Assembly (NCBI GenBank): GCA_023251805.1
Contig: JAHEYB010000009.1
Span: 2,056-66,055, forward strand
Length of the DNA stretch: 64,000 bases
Reading direction: 5' to 3'
DNA from: Bacteroidota bacterium
GTDB taxonomy: Bacteria; Bacteroidota; Bacteroidia; 2-12-FULL-35-15
Shown here: positions 30,009 through 40,198 of the stretch, piece after piece
Layout of the letters: each line of letters opens with the position of its first letter
How positions within the stretch are numbered: the stretch's first letter is position 1
The notes under the pieces: model-generated
What the model saw: the letters and a program-made list of their open reading frames with translations, nothing else
What the model was told of the DNA's origin: nothing
Databases searched by the model: none
Program-made: the position numbers and the translations under genes

Positions 30009-30064
30009 AATTTCAAATTTCAGATTTCAAATCAAAGCCAATATGAAACCTGAAATTTGAAATT
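30009..30064. promoter_or_regulatory. 21-bp inverted repeat built from three heptamers per arm (candidate operator or 5'-leader hairpin)
   Basis: AATTTCA-AATTTCA-GATTTCA (30009-30029) and TGAAACC-TGAAATT-TGAAATT (30044-30064) are complementary at 20/21, with a 14-nt spacer. The repeat lies in the 100-bp divergent region between the TonB-dependent receptor and the EI24-like gene. Confidence 0.5.
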
Positions 30065-30117
30065 TTGTAGCTCGAAAAGTAGAATTACTATCAAAAAATA
30101 AATGCTAATTTTACACA

Positions 30118-30894
30118 ATGAATCAGCAACTATCCTTTTTTCAGAAATTCGGATTAGGCATAAAAAGCTATGGGAAAGCTTTTTCCTTTGTTTTTGAAAA
30201 AGGACTTTGGATTTACTTTATCTATACCATTGTTATTGCAGGACTATTGACCTTTTTTGGCTTTCAGTTGGTTCGGGTTTTTACTGATTGGTTGGAAGGG
30301 TTAATTATGTCGTATTTCAGCTCCGATATACAAACGGGATGGCTTAGTTTTTTAGGAGATTTTTTGCGATTACTACTGTCTATAGGATTAAAAATTTTAT
30401 TCTTTTTTATTTTTTCTACATTCAGTAAATACATTTTATTGATTTTAATGTCGCCCATCATGTCGTTACTTTCGGAGCGTACTGAGGAAATTATTACCGG
30501 GAAAGTATATCCATTTCAATTCAAGCTCTTTATTAAAAATATATTCAGAGGTGTGATGATTGCGTTGCGTAATATGTGTATCGAATTTAGTTTTATTTTT
30601 TTGAGCTTTTTTGTTTGTTGGATTCCTGTAATAGGATGGGCATGTGCTTTATTTCTCTTAATAATTTCGTATTATTTTTATGGTTTTTCGATGATGGATT
30701 ATGTAAACGAAAGAAGAAAAAAAGGAGTTTCTCAAAGCGTTTCTTACGTTAGAAAACACAAAGGTTTAGCAATAGGGAATGGATTTATTTTTTCTTTGTT
30801 GTTTTCAATTCCGTTTATTGGAGGAATGATAGCAACTGTGGTTGCCCCTGTAGCCGCCTGTATTGCGGTAATGGACATAGAAAGTAGAGAATAG
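30118..30894 (+). CDS. EI24/CysZ-like integral membrane protein
   Basis: Multiple TM segments and size and topology reminiscent of EI24-domain proteins. Call is from recall only. Confidence 0.45.
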   Translation: MNQQLSFFQKFGLGIKSYGKAFSFVFEKGLWIYFIYTIVIAGLLTFFGFQLVRVFTDWLEGLIMSYFSSDIQTGWLSFLGDFLRLLLSIGLKILFFFIFSTFSKYILLILMSPIMSLLSERTEEIITGKVYPFQFKLFIKNIFRGVMIALRNMCIEFSFIFLSFFVCWIPVIGWACALFLLIISYYFYGFSMMDYVNERRKKGVSQSVSYVRKHKGLAIGNGFIFSLLFSIPFIGGMIATVVAPVAACIAVMDIESRE

Positions 30895-30897
30895 TAT

Positions 30898-31653
30898 ATG
30901 CAAAAAATTAAAATATCAGTTGTTTCTTATTTAAATTCCAAACCCTTTATAGCAGGACTGCAAGAAGCAGTTATCAGCAGTAAAATAGATTTACAATTAG
31001 ATATTCCATCTGTTTGCGCTCAAAAATTGATGGATGGAGAAGTGGATTTAGGTTTAATACCTGTTGCTGTACTTCCAAAATTAAAAGAAAAATACATCAT
31101 AAGTGATTACTGCATAGGTGCAGTTGGAAAAGTGGCTTCGGTGATGCTTTACAGTGATGTTCCCTTACAAGAAATTAAATCGGTGTTACTCGATTACCAA
31201 TCTCGTACTTCCATAACACTGGCAAAGATTCTTGCCCAAAAATTTTGGAAAATAAATCCCAATTGGGTTTCGGCAGATGAAAATTATGAAACAAAAATTT
31301 CAGGAACAACAGCTGCCGTAATTATCGGGGACAGAACCTTTGGTTTGGAAAATAGATATAAATTCAGTTTTGACTTGGCGGAGGAGTGGCAAAAATTTAC
31401 CGGTTTACCTTTTGTGTTTGCCTGCTGGGTTGCAAATAAATCATTACCAATAGAATTTGTAGCCGAATTTAATACCGCACTTAAAAATGGCTTGAATATG
31501 CGTACAGAATTGGCAAAAGAGTTACAAAAAGGCGATAAATATTCCACAAACATAGATGCGTACTTGAACCAAAACATCCACTATCACTTTGATGCAGCCA
31601 AAAAGCAAGGTTTGGAACTATTTTTGTCTTATCAGGCAAATCTTGAGCAATAA
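30898..31653 (+). CDS. mqnA: Chorismate dehydratase MqnA (futalosine-pathway menaquinone biosynthesis)
   Basis: 'IKISVVSYLNSKPFIAGL' N-terminus and periplasmic-binding-protein-like fold length (~250 aa), typical of the MqnA/MqnD family. Confidence 0.7.
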   Translation: MQKIKISVVSYLNSKPFIAGLQEAVISSKIDLQLDIPSVCAQKLMDGEVDLGLIPVAVLPKLKEKYIISDYCIGAVGKVASVMLYSDVPLQEIKSVLLDYQSRTSITLAKILAQKFWKINPNWVSADENYETKISGTTAAVIIGDRTFGLENRYKFSFDLAEEWQKFTGLPFVFACWVANKSLPIEFVAEFNTALKNGLNMRTELAKELQKGDKYSTNIDAYLNQNIHYHFDAAKKQGLELFLSYQANLEQ

Positions 31654-31770
31654 TTTTTTATATTTACATTTCACAATTATAGAATCATGTATAAAACAGC
31701 CATGTGTCAAATTGTACAAATTTCATGAATACACATGGCGTATTCCATATTAAAAAAAATAAATTCTCAT

Positions 31771-33420
31771 ATGAAAAAAGGTATGTATTTGTTGATGTTT
31801 TCAATGTTTATTTTTGGAGCAGTATCTGCTCAAGAAAAAACAACAGAAAATAAGCAGAACGTTTTTGATAAAGGTGGTGATGTTGCTAAAATGCTTCTTG
31901 CGGAGCAAAAATTTTATGCAATGGATTATGCCGGTGCATTGGCAATTTATAAAGATGTGTTGGCAGGTAAACCGAATGATGCGAATGTTATTTTTCACAT
32001 CGCTGAATGTCAGTATGAGTTAAAACTGATGAAGGATGCGCGTGAAAATGCTGAAAAGGCAAAAGGAATAGATCCGAAAGCAAATGCATACAACTCACTT
32101 TTGTTGGGGAAAATTTACCAGATAGAAGATATGAAAGATGAAGCGTTGGCTGAGTACAATGCCTTTAAGGAGAATGTTGGAAGTCCCAAAAAAGTTGCAG
32201 AAAGTGAAGTAGAAAGATATATTTTACAAGTAAATACTGCAAAAGAACAAATGGCTAACCCGGTTGATGTTAAAGTAGAGAATATGGGTGATGTAATTAA
32301 TTCCGAATTTGAAGACAAAGCCCCAATGGTTAGTGCCGATGGAAAAACATTGATTTTTACTTCTCAACGCCCCGGTAAATCAAGTGCGGTGAATCCGGAT
32401 GACGGAATGTATTTTGAGGATATTTATATTTCTCGTTGGGACACGCTTAAAAAAGCGTGGAGTGATGCAGAGTTAATTCCCGGCTCATTGAATACTGAAG
32501 GACAAGACGCAGCAACCAGTATTTCTCCGGATGGAAAACAAATTTTTCTTTTCAAAAATGACATAGAAGCAGAATCTCGTGGTGGCGATATTTATGTTTC
32601 ACGTTTAAGTTCTTCCGGAAAATGGGGAGCGCCTAAATCAATGGGAAAGCCAATCAATACAACTTATGCCGAGCTTGGTGCTTGTATTTCTCCTGATGGA
32701 AAAACATTGTATTTTGTAAGTGAACGACAAGGTGGGTTGGGTATGGCTGATATTTGGATGATAAAACGTAAAACTCGTACTGAATGGGAAAAGCCTGTAA
32801 ACCTTGGCGATGCAATTAATACTGGCGAAGATGAAGGTGGATTGTTTTTAGCTCCTGATGGAAAAACATTGTTCTTTACTTCTAAAGGACATAGTTCTAT
32901 GGGAGGTTACGATATTTTTAAAACGGTGAATGAAGGTGGAAAATGGAGTACGCCAGTAAATTTAGGTTATCCAATCAATACCATTTATAATGATTATTGT
33001 TTTAGTTTATCCATTGATGCAAAAACCGGCTATTTTACAAGTAACAGAAAAGGTGGTTTAGGTGGCCGTGATGTTTATATGGTGGATTTGAGCAACTATA
33101 TGGTGCTAGAAAAAGACATGAAGAAAAAAGTGGATGGCGGACCGGTAATGGCAATTTTAAAAGGAGATGTTTTTGATGCAGGAGCAGGGGCAGGAATGGA
33201 AGCAGAGGTTGTAGTGTATGATGAAACAGGCGCAAAAGTTGGCAGTACCAATTCTAGTGAAGGAAGCGGAGAGTACTTTTTAACCTTGTTGGCCGGTAAA
33301 ACATATCAGGTAAAAATTGATGTGAAAGGATTTAAACCTATTGATGAAAAAGTAGATATCGTTGCAGCAAAAGAAGGTGCTACTACTGTTGTGAAGCATT
33401 ATTTGTTGTACAAGAAATAG
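31771..33420 (+). CDS. TPR plus PD40 (TolB-like WD40) beta-propeller repeat protein
   Basis: Signal peptide from ATG at 31771 and an N-terminal TPR-like region. Repeated 'S(A/P)DGKT(L)(I/Y/F)F(T/V)S' PD40 motifs appear five or more times. The C-terminal ~90 aa is a beta-sandwich-like domain. Confidence 0.7.
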   Translation: MKKGMYLLMFSMFIFGAVSAQEKTTENKQNVFDKGGDVAKMLLAEQKFYAMDYAGALAIYKDVLAGKPNDANVIFHIAECQYELKLMKDARENAEKAKGIDPKANAYNSLLLGKIYQIEDMKDEALAEYNAFKENVGSPKKVAESEVERYILQVNTAKEQMANPVDVKVENMGDVINSEFEDKAPMVSADGKTLIFTSQRPGKSSAVNPDDGMYFEDIYISRWDTLKKAWSDAELIPGSLNTEGQDAATSISPDGKQIFLFKNDIEAESRGGDIYVSRLSSSGKWGAPKSMGKPINTTYAELGACISPDGKTLYFVSERQGGLGMADIWMIKRKTRTEWEKPVNLGDAINTGEDEGGLFLAPDGKTLFFTSKGHSSMGGYDIFKTVNEGGKWSTPVNLGYPINTIYNDYCFSLSIDAKTGYFTSNRKGGLGGRDVYMVDLSNYMVLEKDMKKKVDGGPVMAILKGDVFDAGAGAGMEAEVVVYDETGAKVGSTNSSEGSGEYFLTLLAGKTYQVKIDVKGFKPIDEKVDIVAAKEGATTVVKHYLLYKK

Positions 33421-33440
33421 AGTTCTAAAATTATTTTTGA

Positions 33441-33470
33441 AAGGTCAGGATTTTATTCTGACCTTTTTTA
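33441..33470. terminator. Bidirectional rho-independent terminator between convergent genes
   Basis: AAGGTCAG (33441-33448) pairs with CTGACCTT (33458-33465), followed by a T-run. It lies between the stop codons at 33420 (+) and 33484 (-). Confidence 0.7.
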
Positions 33471-33483
33471 TTTTTACGGAGCG

Positions 33484-34278
33484 TCATTCACCAAACAGGA
33501 ATTTTTTGAACTCTGAATTCAGTTGGTTGGGCAAACCATCATCCAGTGCAGGAATGATGAACCCTGATTTTTTTAATTCAATTAAAATTTTATCCACAGC
33601 TACAGGAACCCATGTGCGATCGTAGTCGGATATTTTTTTCTGTAAACGAGAGGTAGTTATTTTGGAATTTATTTTGTGATGTTCATTTCTTCCATCATGA
33701 AGCACATAAGCACCACCATTATTTTTTTTTACTTTTTTAGTAAATTGTAAAACAAATTTTTCCATCTCTGATGGTTTTACTTTGTGGTCGAAAAAGAAAT
33801 CGGTTACAGGAAGTATACGCATACTTTTTGACTCCCAATGATGTTTTTGCGTTTTAAAATATGCACCATAACCCGGACGAAAATAGTCTATTTTGTGACC
33901 TATGTTTTCTATGGCTTCACAAATAGCCACATTGCAAGCATCAATATCCATCAGAATTTTTTCCTTCTTTTTGAAAATAAAAACATCTCCCGAATGACCA
34001 TGATTTCCTAGAATATGCCCATCCAGATACATTTGTTTTACAATATGCGGGTATTGTTTTACATTTTTTCCAATCAGACAAAAACAAACTTTTGCATTGT
34101 GTTTTTTTAGAACAGAAAGAAGCTCCATGGTAACAGAATCAATCTGATTGGGACCATCATCAAAAGTAAGAAGAACAGGTTTAAATGTTGAGTTTCCTTT
34201 GAGTTGGGGACGAACAATGGAGTAATTCTTAATGGGAAGAATGGAAGAGAACAAGCTGATGCTTTTTAGTAATCTCAT
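33484..34278 (-). CDS. Polysaccharide deacetylase (NodB homology) family protein
   Basis: 'VLLTFDDGPN' NodB motif 1 and a 'GNHGHSG' His-rich motif. The start overlaps the stop of the upstream GNAT gene (ATGA). Confidence 0.7.
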   Translation of the reverse strand: MRLLKSISLFSSILPIKNYSIVRPQLKGNSTFKPVLLTFDDGPNQIDSVTMELLSVLKKHNAKVCFCLIGKNVKQYPHIVKQMYLDGHILGNHGHSGDVFIFKKKEKILMDIDACNVAICEAIENIGHKIDYFRPGYGAYFKTQKHHWESKSMRILPVTDFFFDHKVKPSEMEKFVLQFTKKVKKNNGGAYVLHDGRNEHHKINSKITTSRLQKKISDYDRTWVPVAVDKILIELKKSGFIIPALDDGLPNQLNSEFKKFLFGE

Positions 34279-34775
34279 TTTTTTCTTATTGCATAAATGT
34301 GTCCGTCCAAATATTCCTCATTTTTAAAAAAAATATTTTCAAATGTTGCTTCTAAAGTAAATCCGGCTTTTTGCAATACTTTTTGAGATGCGATATTTGT
34401 TCCGTAGGGTTGAGCAAAAATTCGAGTGATGTCAAATGTTTTAAATCCATATTCTACAATTTGAGGTATGGCTTTGCTGATAATTCCTTTCCCCCAAAAT
34501 GGTTCTGCCAGCCAATAGCCTAGTTCTGCATTTTTGCAATGCACATCCTCCTGCGGATGAATTCCAATCCCACCACATGCTTCACCATTTATATCAATCG
34601 CAAAAATGTGTGCAGGGTTTCCTTTTGTTGCAAAGTCTATAAACATTTTTCCATTTTCTTTTGTGTATGGGTATGGAAATTTATTGGTGAGATTTGCGGC
34701 AATTTTTGGATTGTTTGCATGTTTCACTAAGCTATCTAAATCGTTTATATTCCAAGGGCGAAGGGTGAAGTGCAT
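34275..34775 (-). CDS. GNAT-family N-acetyltransferase (RimJ/RimL-like)
   Basis: 166 aa with 'GYWLAEPFWGKGI' and 'ASQKVLQKAGF' acetyl-CoA-binding-region motifs. Confidence 0.8.
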   Translation of the reverse strand: MHFTLRPWNINDLDSLVKHANNPKIAANLTNKFPYPYTKENGKMFIDFATKGNPAHIFAIDINGEACGGIGIHPQEDVHCKNAELGYWLAEPFWGKGIISKAIPQIVEYGFKTFDITRIFAQPYGTNIASQKVLQKAGFTLEATFENIFFKNEEYLDGHIYAIRKK

Positions 34776-34930
34776 CTATTCTATTTATGTATTTCGTCAA
34801 ATGCTAATTTTTTATTTGTCTTTGCTTTTTTCCATCCATAAGGGGAAATTGCATCTCCGTCAGGTGTGTTTTTTTCATGACAGCTTTCACTTGTTTTCAT
34901 TTCAAGTAAATCTAAGTACAACTAAGATAC

Positions 34931-34958
34931 AAAAAAAAGCCCTTCCGATAGAAAGAGC
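34931..34958 (-). terminator. Rho-independent terminator downstream of gdh
   Basis: On the minus strand, GCTCTTTC-tatc-GGAAGGGC forms an 8-bp stem with two G-U pairs, followed by 8 T. Confidence 0.6.
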
Positions 34959-34984
34959 TTTTCGATGATTCGAATTACCATGAA

Positions 34985-36262
34985 TTAATAATTCCCTCTT
35001 GCTTTGATACCCAATTCTACTTTTTTCAAAGCAGTAATGTATGCACCAATACGCATGGTAGTTTTATATTGTTGCCCGTTGTTCCAAACACTTTCAAATG
35101 CAGCTTTCATAGAAGCATCGTGTTTTGCATTTACTTCATCTTCTGACCAATAATAACCTTGGTTGTTTTGTACCCACTCAAAATAAGAAACGGTTACACC
35201 GCCACCATTTGCTAAAATATCCGGAACAACAATAATTCCTTTTTCATTTAAAATATGATCTGCCTCAGCTGTAGTCGGACCATTTGCTCCTTCTACAATT
35301 AATTTTGCTTTTATGTTGTTTGCAATTTCTTCGGTAATAACATTTTGTAAAGCAGCAGGAACTAAAACGTCCACATTTGCAGTTAAAAGTTCAGCAGGTT
35401 TTATTTCAACACCACCGGTAAATCCTTTTAATACATTTCCATTTGCTTTAGCATAATCCAAAGCCGCTTTAATATCAATTCCTTTTTCGTTCCAAAGTGT
35501 AGCAGTATGATCGCCAATTGCACAAATTTTTAGTCCTTGTTCGAATAGAAAACGAGCAGCATGTGAACCCACGTTACCAAAACCTTGAACTGCGCAGGTT
35601 ACTTCATTTTTTTGAAGTTTCATTTTATCCAAAGCCGATAAGGTAGCAACCATTACACCACGTCCGGTTGCAGCATCGCGACCTAATGACCCGCCTAAAC
35701 CAACCGGTTTTCCTGTAGTTACTCCCGGGAAATTTCCACGGTGAACTTTATTGTATGCATCTACTAACCAAGCCATTTCTCTTCCGCTTGTTCCCATATC
35801 GGGAGCGGGAATATCTGTTTGCGGCCCAAATACATCGGCCATTGCAACGGTATATGCTTTTGTTAATCTTTCTAATTCTCCAACACTCATTTTACGGGGG
35901 TCGCATTTGATACCGCCTTTTGCTCCCCCATAGGGCAAGTTGGCAACAGCACATTTAAAAGTCATCCAAGCAGAAAGCGCTTTTACTTCATCATCACAAA
36001 CATCCATTGCATATCGAATCCCGCCTTTGGATGGCCCTAATACAGTTGAATGAATGGTTCTAAATCCTTCAAAAACTTGCAATTTCCCGTCATCCATCAT
36101 AACTGGAATGCTCACTTTTACTTGTTTTTGCGGATTTCTTAAAATACTTGTAACATCATCGGATAAACCATAAATTTTTGCAGCAACATCAAGTCTGGCA
36201 AGAACTGAATCAAACATGCTGTCGTGATTTTCTACTGTTGTCGAATTTGTTTTCGTTGTCAT
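34985..36262 (-). CDS. gdh: Glutamate dehydrogenase (Glu/Leu/Phe/Val dehydrogenase family)
   Basis: 'SKGGIRY', 'LPYGGAKGGI' catalytic Lys region, and Rossmann 'VQGFGNVGSH'. ATG at 36262 (MTTKTNSTT) is preferred over 36307. Confidence 0.9.
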   Translation of the reverse strand: MTTKTNSTTVENHDSMFDSVLARLDVAAKIYGLSDDVTSILRNPQKQVKVSIPVMMDDGKLQVFEGFRTIHSTVLGPSKGGIRYAMDVCDDEVKALSAWMTFKCAVANLPYGGAKGGIKCDPRKMSVGELERLTKAYTVAMADVFGPQTDIPAPDMGTSGREMAWLVDAYNKVHRGNFPGVTTGKPVGLGGSLGRDAATGRGVMVATLSALDKMKLQKNEVTCAVQGFGNVGSHAARFLFEQGLKICAIGDHTATLWNEKGIDIKAALDYAKANGNVLKGFTGGVEIKPAELLTANVDVLVPAALQNVITEEIANNIKAKLIVEGANGPTTAEADHILNEKGIIVVPDILANGGGVTVSYFEWVQNNQGYYWSEDEVNAKHDASMKAAFESVWNNGQQYKTTMRIGAYITALKKVELGIKARGNY

Positions 36263-36411
36263 AAGTTTTATGTTCGGTTCCTTTGTTCTTAGAGAGTCGG
36301 AACACATTAAAGTGTGCGAATTTAAGTAAAATTATAAACTATCTAAAATGTAATCGTTAAATCTGAGCTTTCATTCGCCCAATTTGACTTTTCAACCCTT
36401 TTTTACTCTTT

Positions 36412-37239
36412 TTAAGGGTATAAATGATGGAAATACTGGGATATGTATAAGTAGCTGAAAACAAATGGAGTAGCTATTAGCAGACTATCAAAACGGTCTA
36501 AAATTCCTCCATGTCCCGGTAACAAAGTTCCCGAATCCTTTACGTTTTTACTTCTTTTGTATAATGATTCCACCAAATCGCCTAAAGTGCCTATTACAAT
36601 TAAAATAGCTGCAATTATCATCCAATCGATGATACTAAAATTGGTGTACCATTTTGAAATAATGAAGACCACAATATAGCTGGCAATTGCTCCTCCAATA
36701 CTTCCTTCCCAGGATTTTCCCGGAGAAATTCGTGGAAATAATTTACGTTTTCCAAAGGCAGAACCGGCCAAGTAGGCTCCCGAATCGTTGCACCAGAGAA
36801 TAAAGAAAAAGCCGAATAACAGCTCATAATTGTATTTTCCGGTGAAGGTTACCAAGTAGTTTAATAATGAAAATGGAACAGCAACATATACAATTCCTAA
36901 TATTGTAAAAGCGATATTTCGAAAAGGGTTGGCTGCTTTTGTATACAATTCGCAGATAAAAATGAGAAATAGCAGTGGGATATTAATGATTAACAAATGG
37001 TAATCATAACCCATGCAAACCAATGAAGTGCTTGCGAAAATAGTTCCACCGGTAATAGTTCCCCAAATTTTTTGTGGTTTGTTCGCTCCTATTTCAGAAA
37101 GTGCATAAAATTCCCAAAGTCCTAAAATGGTGACACTAAAAAATAAAATAGAAAAGGAGAGTTGATTGTAATAGGTGCATCCTAAAAGAACAGCAACAAA
37201 TGCACCAGCTGTAAGTGTACGTTTTAAAAAGTTGTTCAC
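36412..37239 (-). CDS. cdsA: Phosphatidate cytidylyltransferase
   Basis: Polytopic membrane protein with the C-terminal signature 'SLYKRSKNVKDSGTLLPGHGGILDRFDS'. Confidence 0.9.
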   Translation of the reverse strand: MNNFLKRTLTAGAFVAVLLGCTYYNQLSFSILFFSVTILGLWEFYALSEIGANKPQKIWGTITGGTIFASTSLVCMGYDYHLLIINIPLLFLIFICELYTKAANPFRNIAFTILGIVYVAVPFSLLNYLVTFTGKYNYELLFGFFFILWCNDSGAYLAGSAFGKRKLFPRISPGKSWEGSIGGAIASYIVVFIISKWYTNFSIIDWMIIAAILIVIGTLGDLVESLYKRSKNVKDSGTLLPGHGGILDRFDSLLIATPFVFSYLYISQYFHHLYP

Positions 37240-37326
37240 GGCCTTGAATTAAAATTTGTGTTTGCCTCGTGTACACTTCGATGTGTCTGCTTCAAAGCAG
37301 AATGCTCAGTGTGACACTTAATTATT

Positions 37327-37980
37327 TTACTCTACTTGAACGTCATCAATTAAAAATACAAATATTTCTTTTGGTCCGTGTGCGCCTTGTACCAGTGTTT
37401 TTTCAATGTCAGCAGTTTTACTCGGACCTGTAATCGTAGAAATCATAGATGGTAATTTATCTTGATATTTTTCTTTGATGAATTTCAATCCATCTTTTAC
37501 ATTTTCTAAAAGTTGGGACGTATAAGCAACCACAATATGGAAATTAGCATATACGGGCAGTCGTCTGCCAGATAATTGTTTGGAGCTTATCAGTACACTT
37601 CCTGTTCGGGCAATCAAACATTCACATAAAGTAATTCCGATATCGGTTGCTAAAAAATCATCCTCTTTATCGGAAAACTTAATTTTAGCTTTTTTAAAAA
37701 GCTCTTTTATTTTTGGTTCGAGACAAAACAAATGCTTCCATTCATTGTCTTTAACAATCCAATGAAAATTTTCGAGAAATTCGGTTTCGTTTTCACAGAA
37801 AATAAATTTACCATTTAAAGCAGTAAAATTTTGTGCAAATTGCATTTCAAGAGATTCTTCTGAAGCTACAAATATTTCCGACTCTTTATCAACGTCACCA
37901 ATCTCTTGTGGTGATTTATGAATAAGCGCCTTTCGAATTTTTTTTAATATTTTTTCTTTAGAAGTAGTGCTGTCGCGCAT
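37327..37980 (-). CDS. LUD-domain protein (LutC/YkgG-like)
   Basis: 217 aa. The C-terminal 'ITGPSKTADIEKTLVQGAHGPKEIFVFLI' is typical of LUD-domain proteins. Confidence 0.6.
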   Translation of the reverse strand: MRDSTTSKEKILKKIRKALIHKSPQEIGDVDKESEIFVASEESLEMQFAQNFTALNGKFIFCENETEFLENFHWIVKDNEWKHLFCLEPKIKELFKKAKIKFSDKEDDFLATDIGITLCECLIARTGSVLISSKQLSGRRLPVYANFHIVVAYTSQLLENVKDGLKFIKEKYQDKLPSMISTITGPSKTADIEKTLVQGAHGPKEIFVFLIDDVQVE

Positions 37981-38065
37981 AATACGAATACAAGGAATAA
38001 ATTTATATCGTCATTCCGCCCCGAGTACTCGAGGAGGGATAATATTTTGAAATAATTGAAAAAAC

Positions 38066-40180
38066 CTAAAACAAGGTATTCAACGGTTTCTCCGGCTCAC
38101 CATCTTTCTTCCCTGCCTTGTCGGCAGACAGGTCTTCCGGTTTTTTCTCCTCTATTTTCGTTTCTTCTTTTTTCTCTTCTGCTTTTATTTCTGGTTTCGG
38201 ACTGTCAATAACTTCTGTTTTTACAAAAGGCAATTCATCTTTCTCAAAAGGGCGTTTACCAAAAATAATTTCCAAATCCTCTTTAAAAATAACTTCTTTG
38301 TCTAATAATTTTTCAGCTAACAAAGTAAGTAAATGTTTGTTTTTAGTAAGGATGTCTTTCGCTCTTACATATGCAGTTTCAATTAATTTACTAACTTCTT
38401 CATCAATTGTTTGAGCAGTTTTTTCGCTATACGGTTTCGTAAAACCATACTCATTTGCACCCGTTGAGTCGTAATAACTAATGTTTCCAATCTTATCATT
38501 CAAACCATAAATTGAAATCATCGCATAAGCTTGTTTTGTTACTTTTTCCAAATCGCTTAAAGCGCCAGTAGAAATTTTTCCGAAAATAATTTCTTCGGCA
38601 GCTCTTCCACCCAAAGTGGCGCACATTTCATCCATTAATTGCTCGGTGGTAGTAATTTGTCGTTCTTCAGGTAGATACCAAGCAGCGCCTAAAGATTTAC
38701 CGCGTGGTACAATTGTTACTTTAATTAAGGGGTGAGCATGTTCCAGCAACCAGCTAGTAGCAGCGTGACCGGATTCATGATAAGCAATTACTTTTTTCTC
38801 ATGAACGGAAATAATTTTATTTTTCTTTTCCAAGCCTCCAATGATGCGATCAACAGCATCTAAAAAATCTTGTTTTTCGATAACTTTTTTATCATGACGA
38901 GCAGCAATTAATGCTGCTTCGTTACATATGTTTGCAATATCAGCACCTGAAAAACCCGGAGTTTGCTTTGCAAGGAATTCAATATCAACAGATGCATCTA
39001 GTTTTAATGGTTTTAAATGCACTTTGAAAATATCTTTACGTTCATTTAAATCAGGCATATCCACATAAATCTGACGATCAAAGCGGCCAGCACGCATCAA
39101 TGCTCTGTCTAAAATATCAGCACGATTTGTTGCAGCTAAAATGATTACACCACTATTTGTTCCAAAGCCATCCATTTCCGTTAGCAATTGGTTCAGGGTA
39201 TTTTCACGTTCATCGTTACCACCTTGAGCAGGGTTTTTCCCTCGCGCACGACCAATCGCATCAATTTCATCAATAAAAATAATACAAGGAGCTTTTTCTT
39301 TTGCCTGACGGAATAAATCGCGGACACGGGAAGCACCCACACCTACAAACATTTCCACAAAATCGGAGCCTGATAAAGAGAAGAAAGGAACTTTGGCTTC
39401 ACCTGCAACAGCTTTTGCCAAAAGGGTTTTACCTGTTCCCGGAGGGCCAACCAGCAATGCGCCTTTTGGAATTTTAGCCCCTAATGCAGTATATTTTTTT
39501 GGATTTTTTAAGAAGTCAACAATTTCTTTTATTTCCACTTTCGCACCTTCTAAACCGGCAACATCATTAAATGTGATATTCACATTGGTGTTTTTATCAA
39601 ACAAGGTGGCTTTTGATTTTCCGATATTAAAAATCTGTCCACCTCCTGCACCCCCACCCATTCGTCTCATAATGATTATCCAAATAACAATCATCAATAC
39701 AATAGGAATTAACCAACCCAATGCATCTGTCCATGAAGTTCGGTTTTCATTTTCTGCATCCACCCTATCGGTAGGCGCAAAATCTTTTTGAGCTTCTGTT
39801 AATCTGGCATTAAACGAATCGACACTAGAAATTTTTACTTTATAATGCGGGCCATCCTTGCGCTTGTCCAATTTATCGTTGGCATATTGAGGTAATTGTA
39901 AGAAATCTTTTTTGATAGTGATTTCTGCAACATTGTCGGAAGGAATAATTACAATTTTTTGAACGTGGTGCTGTTTTAGCATTGTTTCAATAAAATCGGT
40001 TGTGCTTTTTTCTTGTAATGAAGGGGACGAAAAAAGCACCTGCATTACAATTATTGCTACAGCAATGATTCCATAAATCCAATAAAAATTAAATGGATTT
40101 TTAGGAATATTTGGTTTTTTCGGAAACGAATTCTTGTCAGAAGAATTTTTATTGTCCGATTGTTTTTCTTGCTCGCTCAT
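38066..40180 (-). CDS. ftsH: ATP-dependent zinc metalloprotease FtsH
   Basis: Two TM segments, AAA Walker A 'GPPGTGKT', Walker B 'IIFIDEID', SRH region, and zinc motif 'HESGHA'. There is a Lys/Glu-rich C-terminal tail. Confidence 0.97.
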   Translation of the reverse strand: MSEQEKQSDNKNSSDKNSFPKKPNIPKNPFNFYWIYGIIAVAIIVMQVLFSSPSLQEKSTTDFIETMLKQHHVQKIVIIPSDNVAEITIKKDFLQLPQYANDKLDKRKDGPHYKVKISSVDSFNARLTEAQKDFAPTDRVDAENENRTSWTDALGWLIPIVLMIVIWIIIMRRMGGGAGGGQIFNIGKSKATLFDKNTNVNITFNDVAGLEGAKVEIKEIVDFLKNPKKYTALGAKIPKGALLVGPPGTGKTLLAKAVAGEAKVPFFSLSGSDFVEMFVGVGASRVRDLFRQAKEKAPCIIFIDEIDAIGRARGKNPAQGGNDERENTLNQLLTEMDGFGTNSGVIILAATNRADILDRALMRAGRFDRQIYVDMPDLNERKDIFKVHLKPLKLDASVDIEFLAKQTPGFSGADIANICNEAALIAARHDKKVIEKQDFLDAVDRIIGGLEKKNKIISVHEKKVIAYHESGHAATSWLLEHAHPLIKVTIVPRGKSLGAAWYLPEERQITTTEQLMDEMCATLGGRAAEEIIFGKISTGALSDLEKVTKQAYAMISIYGLNDKIGNISYYDSTGANEYGFTKPYSEKTAQTIDEEVSKLIETAYVRAKDILTKNKHLLTLLAEKLLDKEVIFKEDLEIIFGKRPFEKDELPFVKTEVIDSPKPEIKAEEKKEETKIEEKKPEDLSADKAGKKDGEPEKPLNTLF

Positions 40181-40198
40181 TTATATTCTTTCTAAATT

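Noticed and set aside
24903-30016. A polysaccharide utilisation locus (SusC/SusD).
   Set aside because: No SusD-like lipoprotein gene follows either receptor. No glycoside hydrolases or regulators are adjacent.
34606-34968. 120-aa plus-strand ORF between the GNAT and gdh genes.
   Set aside because: Its first part is antisense to the GNAT gene. The rest crosses an AT-rich spacer and the gdh terminator. The sequence is low-complexity and hydrophobic, with no motifs.
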